Below are positions 57,801-64,000 of a DNA stretch of 64,000 nt, one piece after another. Each line of letters starts with the position of its first letter. Position 1 is the stretch's first letter. The position numbers and the translations under genes were made by a program. Source of the stretch: Thermoplasmatota archaeon. GTDB taxonomy: Archaea > Thermoplasmatota > E2 > JACPAO01 > JAHFTW01. Under the pieces are notes generated by a model, which had not been told where the DNA came from, searched no databases, and saw nothing but the letters and a program-made list of their open reading frames with translations. The DNA is taken from NCBI GenBank assembly GCA_049602735.1, contig JBMYRW010000002.1, positions 3,760 to 67,759 on the forward strand. The letters run 5' to 3'.

Positions 57801-60800
57801 GGGCTGGGCGGCCTGATCAGCGGCCTCGCGGGCGGCCTGGGCGGCATCGCCCTGGAGTTGGCCCTCGACGGCCCCCTCTGCTGGAGCTTCGGTAAGGACG
57901 GCAACAAGCTGGAGATGTGTGTCAGCAACGTCCCGGACCGCCTCGAGATCGACCTGAACCTGGTGCCCAACCCGTCGCTGACCTACAGCGCCAGCGAAGA
58001 GATCGACGAGATCACCATCAACCTGCAGGCGCCCCAGGTGGACATCCTGTTCTTCGTGCACGGCCTCCCCGAGACCGTCACGATGGAGTTCACGCGCGCC
58101 GGCATGGACCTCATCATGAGCGACCGCATCGACGCCATCGGCATGATCGCGGAGCTCGCCGACACGACGATTACCGCCATCGCCGAATCGATCCCCTCCG
58201 AGCTCCACTTCGGTTGGGACAACGGCGGCATGGACCCCGGCATCCCCGCCGGTGACGCCATCGGCCGCGTCTACGCCGCTGTGAGCCGCCCCGGCTTCAG
58301 CTTCTTCGTGGACATCGAGCACCTGCCCCCTGTCCAGTTCGCTTGGAGTGACGGCAGCCTCGACCTGGACATGAGCGGCGACAAGATCGGCTCCATCGAG
58401 ATGCAGCTGCTGCTCAACCCCGCCGGCAACCCCGCCGGACGCCTGCAGCTGCTCGCCTTGGCAGAGGAGATCCCCGGCGTCCACGCCAACTGGGACCCCT
58501 TGGGCGGCGAGTTCGGCACCGACGGCAGCCTCGGCGGCATCACGCTCAAGATCGTGCTCGGCCCCACGGCAGCGCCCTCGTTGACCATGATCTTCGAGAT
58601 CCTCGATGTGCCCCAGATCGATGGGGCCTCCTGGGAGGACGGCCGTTTCGACCTGCCCCTGGTGGGTGGTCGCATCGGCAGCGTCACCTTCCAGTTCATC
58701 GCCGGAGACATGGACCTGTTCCTGCAGGCGCTCGGTGTGCCTGGCCTCTCGGCCCAATGGGACGACGCAGGCGGTTCCTTGTCTTCGGACGGGCCTCTTG
58801 ACAAGATCACGGCGTACTTTGCCAAGGGCACCAGCGCCCCGAGTATGAGCATCTTCTTCGAGATCGAGGACGTGCCTCAGCTCAACGGCATCACCTGGGG
58901 CGACGGCATCGACATGGACTTCTCGGGCGGTCGCATCGGTCGTATCGCGTTCCAGTTCGTCAGTGACCAGCTCTTCGACTCGGATGACATCGTGTTCTTC
59001 CTGGAAGCGTTGGGTCTGCCCGGGTTCAACATCGACATGAATGCCAAGACGGTGAGCACGACGGGCGTCCTGGACAGTCTGCTCATCTTCCTGCGCCGCG
59101 GTCCTGCACTTGATCCGACCCTGTTCGCCAGCCTGGAACTGGAGGGCGTGCCGGCCATCAACGCGGGCGCGTGGGACGAAGGCCTTGGCCTCGGGTTCAG
59201 CCCCGTCGATGCCCGCATCGACCGCATCAACTTCCTGTTCCTGAGCAACCCCGCCGGCACCGCCAGCGACCTCCTGTTGGACGTCACGGCGCTCGGTCTT
59301 CCTGGTATCTCTTTGGACACGACGACCGGCACGATCAGCACGACCAACGTGCTGGACCTGATCTCCCTGGACTTCCGCCTCGGCGACCTGCTGGACCCCA
59401 CGCTCCTGATGCTCTTCGAGCTGGAGGGCGTGCCCAAGATCGTGGCGGGTCTGTACGGCGAGGACGAGTTCAGTCTTGGCTTCTCGCCGGCCTCGGACAC
59501 CATCGACCGCCTGGAGCTCCTGTTCCAGGTGCGCACGCCGTCCACGCCCATCGAGAACGAACTGCAGATCCACCTGCTGGCCCACGGCCTGCCCGGCATC
59601 GTGCTCGGCTTCGAGGACCGCGCCGGCACCATCGGCACCAGCGCCACGTTGGACGACCTGCTGCTGCACTTCCACTTTGGTCCCCGCGGCACGCCGCTCA
59701 TCGAGACCAACCTGCTGCTGGACACGGTGCCTCAGATCACCGCCGGCGGTTGGACCGATGGCAGCTTCGACCTCGACCTGGCCGGCCGCATCGACCAGAT
59801 CCTCCTGGAGTTCATCCTGAACCCTGACGGCCTGGACGCGGTGCCCACGGATGCCAACGACCTGTACCTGATCCTCAACGCCGAAGGCGTGCCCGGCATC
59901 GACGTCGGCTTCGTCAACGGCGGCGGCACGATCGGCACCGACGACACCCTGGACCTCATCGACCTGCGGGCCATCCTTGGCCCCCGCAGCGGCCTCACGC
60001 TCACCGGCGAAGGCCTGAGCCTGCAGCTGACCATCGAAGGTGTTCCCGCCGTCACCGGCAGCTGGGACGACGAAGGCTTCGACCTGGGCCTCGCCGGCCG
60101 CATCGATGAGATCCTCCTGGAGTTCATCGTCGACCAGGCTGGCAGCGCCACGGACCTGTTCCTGCGCGCCTTCGCCCAAGGCATCCCCGGCATCGACCTG
60201 GGCTTCACCGACGGCGGCGGCACGATAGGCACCACCGGCACCTTGGACCTCCTGGACGTGCGCGCCATCCTGGGTGCCCGCAGCGGCCTGAACCTGGCCG
60301 GCACCGGCCTGTTCGCACGCCTGACGGCCACCAGCGTCCCCATGATCACCGCCGGTGCCTGGGATGACGCCAGCATGAACCTGGACCTGTCCGGCAAGAT
60401 CGGCGGTCTCACGCTGGAGTTCTTCGTCAACGAGGCGCTCAACGCCAACGACATCTACCTCCTGCTGGACGCCTCCGGCATCCCGACGCTGTCCTTCGCC
60501 AAGAGCGACACGGGCTTCGGTCTGGAGACGCCCGACGGGCTCGATTACGTCTCCCTGATCTTCCGCAAGGGTGTCTTCAACTACGACCCCCACGCGTACG
60601 GCCCCACCTTCGTGGGCGCCTGGATCCGCCCCGACGGTGTCGGCACCTCCTGGCCTGGCAACCCGCAGTTCGCGGTGTCGGCCAAGGTCAGCGGCATCAA
60701 GGAAGTGGTCTGGAGCACCAACGACGCCACGGAATCCCAGTCGCTGGACCTCGAGTTCACCGGCCTGCGGGACATCCGGGCCATCGTCGACCTGGAGACG

Positions 60801-62621
60801 GCGGCGTTCCTCGCCGAAGCCGACCTGAGCCTGACGAACCTGCCCGCAGACGTCTCGCTGGACATCACGCCCGACGTGGTGGGCTTCGCGAGCGCCAACG
60901 GCTGCGTCGGCTTCTCCTGCCTGGCCAAGACCCCTTGGCTACAAGGTAAGGTCAACGTGGGCACCCGTGGCGCCGCCAACGCCATGCCGGAGCCGTTCTG
61001 GCCCTGGCAGACCGTCAGCGAGCCGGGCTCCTTGTGCCCCCGCAACGCCGGCTTCGGGACCTACAACTCGCCCTGTGGCATCATGGGCAACACGTTCATC
61101 GACGTGCAGGACGGCGGCTTCGCGTCCAAGTGGAAGCTCGACCTGCCGCTGCCGGACGCCATCTCGTTCACCAAGAGCGCCGGTGACGGTGTGCCGACGT
61201 ACAGCCTGAACACGGGCTCCGTCAAGGTGGGCAAGCTGGACATCCGTGTCAACACGGAACTGCCCCTGCCCATCTACCCCCACGAGCTCAACCTCATGGC
61301 GGTGGCGACCGTGAGCAACCTGCCCACGAGCCTCTCGGTGGTGCAGGGCATGGGCAACGCGGCCGAAGGTGGCAAGCCGACGATCAACGTCAACACGGGT
61401 CAGCCCATCGACAAGATCTTCGTCGGCCTCCGTCTCGATGGCTCCTGGTACCATGACCCTGGACTCATCACCGTGAGCAACTCCAACATCAACGACAACG
61501 GGTTCCCGATCTGGCTGATGGTGGAGGATGTGCCCACGACGGTGAGCCTGTCCACCGGCAAGTCCAGCTACCAGACGTCCAACTGTCAGAGCTGCAACCC
61601 GCCGGTGCCGTTCATCAACTACAACGCGGCCAGCAACACGCTGGACGCCATGGTGTACACCAACATCGGCGACCTGTGGGGTCTCATCTCCCGCGCGGCC
61701 ATCGACCTCGCCGGCGATGTGATCCCGGACTGGCTCGAGGGCCTGGCCAACTACGACAGCCAGGGCCACCTGCTCATCCAGGCGGTCGACATCCCGTCCG
61801 ACGGCATCGCCCTCTTCAAGTCGGGCAACTCGTTCCACGTGGATGCCAGCCCCATCCTGAACCAGCGCCTCACGAAGTTCTTCGTGGACTTCCAGCTCAA
61901 GTTCAGCGACGGTGACGGCCGGCCCAGCTCCTGCATCATCTGCCTGGGCATCGCCGACCTGAAGTACTACTGGCACTACAGTTGGTGGTTCGGCATCGAG
62001 ACCCTGAGCCTCCTGTTGGAGGACCTGGGCAGCGTCGGCATCGACCCGGGCATCGAGAGCATCGTCAACATTGACGGGCGGTTGGTGTTCCACTTCCGTG
62101 CCGGTGCCGGCTTCGACTTCGGTGCCGGTCTGGAGTTCTACGTGGCCGGCATCCGGTTCTTGTGCGTCTGCATCGAGAGTCCGACGATCAGCTTGATCCT
62201 CGATCCAGGCTTCATCTCGTTCGAGGTGTTGTCCTGGAGTTGTTGTCAGTTCGATTACTTCTGGATCGGTTCACCGTTCCATGGAACAGGCTACTATTGG
62301 GCGCCAAGAGGTCACTTCTGTCTCTGTGACTGGCACTGGTACGCCAAGCTCGGCGGCACCTACCCCGGCAACTGGGGTTTCGACCTGCCCATCGCGATCC
62401 CACCGATCGTTCCGTTCCGCGGTCTGGATATCGCGTACGGAACGCATCACGTGTTCATGAATCCAAGACTGCTGCTCTGTGCGGGCGGTGATTGGCGTGA
62501 ACCAGAAGTGGTCTGCGTCTCCTTGGGACGACTGTACCCGACCGAGTTCATCGTGGTCTACGCGATGCTGCGTTACTTCAGCATCAGCATCTCCACGGGG
62601 AGCGAGCACCACCACCATTAG
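54864..62621 (+). CDS. giant (2585 aa) secreted or membrane-anchored beta-repeat protein with Cys/Trp-rich C-terminal region
   Basis: Hydrophobic signal KTLISLVLVLLMVAPASIIGAVSA; DIDSDG Ca-loop-like motif; long tandem beta repeats; strong G/C codon bias through most of the gene. Confidence 0.9.
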   Translation: MAGTSLPLLARPKTLISLVLVLLMVAPASIIGAVSAQEAPAPVEPTISELPDAEREAFVDLYLDVFVRGVVPLNDTPGVYPDYTGELQQELADEVLEGMRADPTFAPNLDPVNAGPALGFSTPEDPLIDRETGEPVTQDRVDDLYRAFLLGLVFNREVFIDNIQAVAEDTMSPEDAEAPPADPAGTSEQENPIRREFYEEPLKHWGNTDPNATQPPSFEGLGPVLLEQPGIPEGVTYSTNVDVPAALRDLTPAQGPATLPMAMPTDLVQTVEPPQLTDPELLAEPSDLAAALPTSPLGAVPVDAWDDPNFQLRLPPLLEFLRDLANLATHELFELMGILVDDAAIPAKISGNLQQVAPEVYEHILDLDVTAAEFAGKLESLLRPATIVADTNALPEDLEALVASLLERANELQYAGTVNGVDFEGTWGIPEAIDIDSDGLADLLVQLTLSPAVVPIEDGLLEMRPHLIVERTNGVWALDALDDLPALPGAPFPVPMPASTQLAGAPLTGEQLLVAGVATSVPAPLQPFLPSGSAFPYDMTVAFPLADTDAVAVFDAHFPGGADHFEAILEDLGPSVQIATTGSPGAFEFLASILHEGAPGGDTSTLSLAGDQAPELLGAAAAINAAAGTSMLDLTPLLPMDLEVGLLRDGPAGRLALAASSQEMPPTTIVNEGADLAIETVEGANLAIARQDFLSDDTFDHAGLVLGNAAAQIDATLTEAGFDIGLDERGADVHAIAGLVDDGDYEHATWAFIENAGYGIAIDTSAGGLTFDSDSHVDDLRAVRAKTAAAALMGTVSGFKVTDELTAFGMPGAQEASVVPQDGGFDIQSLTDRDVPFLLDIEQTTARGLEAERFSFSNLPGSLAVDVRDGSINVGGNSPIDLVTGQLSRPLDGAGMDPTKGFVVLDDLNGQASVAMDEANVNVQASGDLASGNVLASNVIDGVGDPQFIAIPGNHMLADVVGTARQYSAQVTGMASLGEGLGGLISGLAGGLGGIALELALDGPLCWSFGKDGNKLEMCVSNVPDRLEIDLNLVPNPSLTYSASEEIDEITINLQAPQVDILFFVHGLPETVTMEFTRAGMDLIMSDRIDAIGMIAELADTTITAIAESIPSELHFGWDNGGMDPGIPAGDAIGRVYAAVSRPGFSFFVDIEHLPPVQFAWSDGSLDLDMSGDKIGSIEMQLLLNPAGNPAGRLQLLALAEEIPGVHANWDPLGGEFGTDGSLGGITLKIVLGPTAAPSLTMIFEILDVPQIDGASWEDGRFDLPLVGGRIGSVTFQFIAGDMDLFLQALGVPGLSAQWDDAGGSLSSDGPLDKITAYFAKGTSAPSMSIFFEIEDVPQLNGITWGDGIDMDFSGGRIGRIAFQFVSDQLFDSDDIVFFLEALGLPGFNIDMNAKTVSTTGVLDSLLIFLRRGPALDPTLFASLELEGVPAINAGAWDEGLGLGFSPVDARIDRINFLFLSNPAGTASDLLLDVTALGLPGISLDTTTGTISTTNVLDLISLDFRLGDLLDPTLLMLFELEGVPKIVAGLYGEDEFSLGFSPASDTIDRLELLFQVRTPSTPIENELQIHLLAHGLPGIVLGFEDRAGTIGTSATLDDLLLHFHFGPRGTPLIETNLLLDTVPQITAGGWTDGSFDLDLAGRIDQILLEFILNPDGLDAVPTDANDLYLILNAEGVPGIDVGFVNGGGTIGTDDTLDLIDLRAILGPRSGLTLTGEGLSLQLTIEGVPAVTGSWDDEGFDLGLAGRIDEILLEFIVDQAGSATDLFLRAFAQGIPGIDLGFTDGGGTIGTTGTLDLLDVRAILGARSGLNLAGTGLFARLTATSVPMITAGAWDDASMNLDLSGKIGGLTLEFFVNEALNANDIYLLLDASGIPTLSFAKSDTGFGLETPDGLDYVSLIFRKGVFNYDPHAYGPTFVGAWIRPDGVGTSWPGNPQFAVSAKVSGIKEVVWSTNDATESQSLDLEFTGLRDIRAIVDLETAAFLAEADLSLTNLPADVSLDITPDVVGFASANGCVGFSCLAKTPWLQGKVNVGTRGAANAMPEPFWPWQTVSEPGSLCPRNAGFGTYNSPCGIMGNTFIDVQDGGFASKWKLDLPLPDAISFTKSAGDGVPTYSLNTGSVKVGKLDIRVNTELPLPIYPHELNLMAVATVSNLPTSLSVVQGMGNAAEGGKPTINVNTGQPIDKIFVGLRLDGSWYHDPGLITVSNSNINDNGFPIWLMVEDVPTTVSLSTGKSSYQTSNCQSCNPPVPFINYNAASNTLDAMVYTNIGDLWGLISRAAIDLAGDVIPDWLEGLANYDSQGHLLIQAVDIPSDGIALFKSGNSFHVDASPILNQRLTKFFVDFQLKFSDGDGRPSSCIICLGIADLKYYWHYSWWFGIETLSLLLEDLGSVGIDPGIESIVNIDGRLVFHFRAGAGFDFGAGLEFYVAGIRFLCVCIESPTISLILDPGFISFEVLSWSCCQFDYFWIGSPFHGTGYYWAPRGHFCLCDWHWYAKLGGTYPGNWGFDLPIAIPPIVPFRGLDIAYGTHHVFMNPRLLLCAGGDWREPEVVCVSLGRLYPTEFIVVYAMLRYFSISISTGSEHHHH
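57880..60570 (+). repeat. about 19 tandem 42-55 aa beta-strand repeats, alternating A/B, inside the giant CDS
   Basis: Periodic x[LVI]P kink: NVP, GLP, SIP, HLP, EIP, DVP, GVP, DVP, GLP, GVP, GLP, GVP, GLP, TVP, GVP, GVP, GIP, SVP, GIP. DNA-level similarity between about 59770-60050 and 60080-60350. Confidence 0.8.
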
Positions 62622-62633
62622 GAGGAACCAACG

Positions 62634-64000
62634 ATGACCCACGACAAACTCAACAAGAAGACCCCGCAGACGATCGCCGCCCTCGCCATGGCCTTCGCCC
62701 TGGTGATGGCGCCTGGGCTGGCCAGCGGCGCGCCCCTGGCCGGCGTACCCGGCGTGTTCGAGGTCGGCACGATCGATGCCCCCGGCGAATCAGGTGATTC
62801 AGGGGGGACAAGCAGCGAAACGGGGCCCTTCAACTCGGAGAGCTCGTCCGATTCGACCACGTGCATCATCCCCTGGTTCAGTGGCTGTCTCTTCGAGTTC
62901 ACGGAGCACGAAGAGGAGCAGCACGACCACTACGATTCGGAGTCCACGTACTTCGAGTGGGCGACCAACGACACGCGCAACGGCTACTATGTCAGCGTGC
63001 TCGACGGCGTCTTCTGGACCCGTGTCGCCAGCGGTGACTACGAGCACGAGGAGTCCTCCGGCGCTGACGCCGAGGGCAGCCACTACGACCGGGAGTACTA
63101 CGGCAACAACCTGGGCTTCTCCACGGAGAGCATCGAGGAGAGCGACTACTTCCTGGACAACGACTACGCCAGCTACGAGTCTGTCTCTCAGACGACGGCT
63201 GACGCCGGCTTCGATGCGGGCGCTGCTGGCGCCAGCGTCGGCCTGGACCGCCAACAGAACGGCCAGGAAGGCTCGTCCACGTCTGAGGAGTCCAACAGCT
63301 CCGAGCGCGAGGAGTTCAACCTGTTCGGCATCCCGATCCATGAATCGGGTGCTTCGGAGAGCCACAGCCTGGAGGAGGAGTACCAGCGCTACTGGAACGA
63401 GACGAGCCTCCAGTCGACCATCTTCATCGTCAACCCGGTGGACAACACCACGGTCAACATCGTGGGCCTGAGCCTGTCCAAGGGTGACGAAGAGGAGTCC
63501 GGCAGCTCCCAGGGCAGCGACTCGTCGTCGTCCTACACGGACGTGCTGGGCTTCAACGTCGTCGGCCAGGAAGACGAGTCGGACCACGATTCGTCCTTCT
63601 ACCGCTACAACGAGTGGCTGGACCTGACGGTGGACGTCATCGACGGCACCCTTCAGGGCAGCGTGCTCTACGAGCATGGCAACGAGGAGTCGGAGAGCTT
63701 CGAGCACGAGCGCAGCGTCACGGAAGTGGTCGGCCTGCCGTTTGGCAGCGAATCCACGGAGGACCAGGAATCGAGTTCCTCCTGGCGCCGTGCCACGATC
63801 GCCATCGACGCTGCTGAGGATGCTGGCTCCGTCGTGGTCTCCCATTGGAACGAAGATTCCGAGAGCGAGAGTCAGACGGAGGACGACACGATCGTCATCA
63901 TCCCGATCGGCAGCACGGGCGAGGAGGAATCCGAGCACCACTCCGACGGCTACGGCTTCGGCATCGAGCTGGGCGACGGCGAGGTGCTGTGGCTCACCGG
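62634..64000 (+). CDS. secreted, very acidic Ser/Glu-rich protein built from long beta-hairpin-like repeats (3' end outside the window)
   Basis: AGGAGG then ATG 12 nt after the giant gene's stop; MTHDKLNKKTPQTIAALAMAFALVMAPGLASG signal peptide; frame open to the window end; missing from the ORF track. Confidence 0.85.
   Translation, partial: MTHDKLNKKTPQTIAALAMAFALVMAPGLASGAPLAGVPGVFEVGTIDAPGESGDSGGTSSETGPFNSESSSDSTTCIIPWFSGCLFEFTEHEEEQHDHYDSESTYFEWATNDTRNGYYVSVLDGVFWTRVASGDYEHEESSGADAEGSHYDREYYGNNLGFSTESIEESDYFLDNDYASYESVSQTTADAGFDAGAAGASVGLDRQQNGQEGSSTSEESNSSEREEFNLFGIPIHESGASESHSLEEEYQRYWNETSLQSTIFIVNPVDNTTVNIVGLSLSKGDEEESGSSQGSDSSSSYTDVLGFNVVGQEDESDHDSSFYRYNEWLDLTVDVIDGTLQGSVLYEHGNEESESFEHERSVTEVVGLPFGSESTEDQESSSSWRRATIAIDAAEDAGSVVVSHWNEDSESESQTEDDTIVIIPIGSTGEEESEHHSDGYGFGIELGDGEVLWLT

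Noticed and set aside
62090..62621. Diversity-generating retroelement variable region at the giant gene's 3' end
   Set aside because: No reverse transcriptase and no template repeat differing only at adenines in the window; one elsewhere in the genome cannot be excluded
1..64000. tRNA, rRNA, CRISPR array, transposase or integrase
   Set aside because: No cloverleaf with a T-loop, regularly spaced repeat-spacer array, or DDE or tyrosine-recombinase ORF was seen by eye; tRNAscan-SE and CRISPR finders were not run

Overview
High-GC archaeal chromosomal window. TiaS, aIF5B, FEN1, diphthamide synthase, TATA-box promoters, ATGA-overlapped operons and acidic lipoproteins point to a euryarchaeote; a Thermoplasmatota-like assignment is my inference. 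It holds about 55 CDS. Housekeeping and transport genes include class II ribonucleotide reductase, ndk, infB/aIF5B, tiaS, dus, nadE, dph6, a branched-chain amino-acid ABC transporter and a Fur/PerR-dps-rubrerythrin-DUF3501 peroxide operon. Many secreted, lipoprotein or Cys-rich proteins lie between them. There is also an AT-rich two-gene islet and a small defence island (PaeR7I/XhoI-type restriction-modification plus a YcaQ-like glycosylase) containing an integron attC-like site. I saw no tRNA, rRNA, CRISPR array, transposase or integrase. Best leads: (1) an operon at the right end pairing a 2585-aa secreted protein made of about 19 tandem four-strand beta repeats, with a Cys/Trp-rich tip of different base composition, and an acidic long-beta-hairpin protein; (2) the solitary attC-like site; (3) an ORB-like inverted pair that may mark a replication origin; (4) a tandem 4-Cys secreted module family; (5) a degenerate nucleoside-deoxyribosyltransferase-like domain fused to a MazG-like domain; (6) a nitrilase gene next to two ammonia-dependent ligase genes. 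All family calls come from reading motifs by eye; no searches were run.
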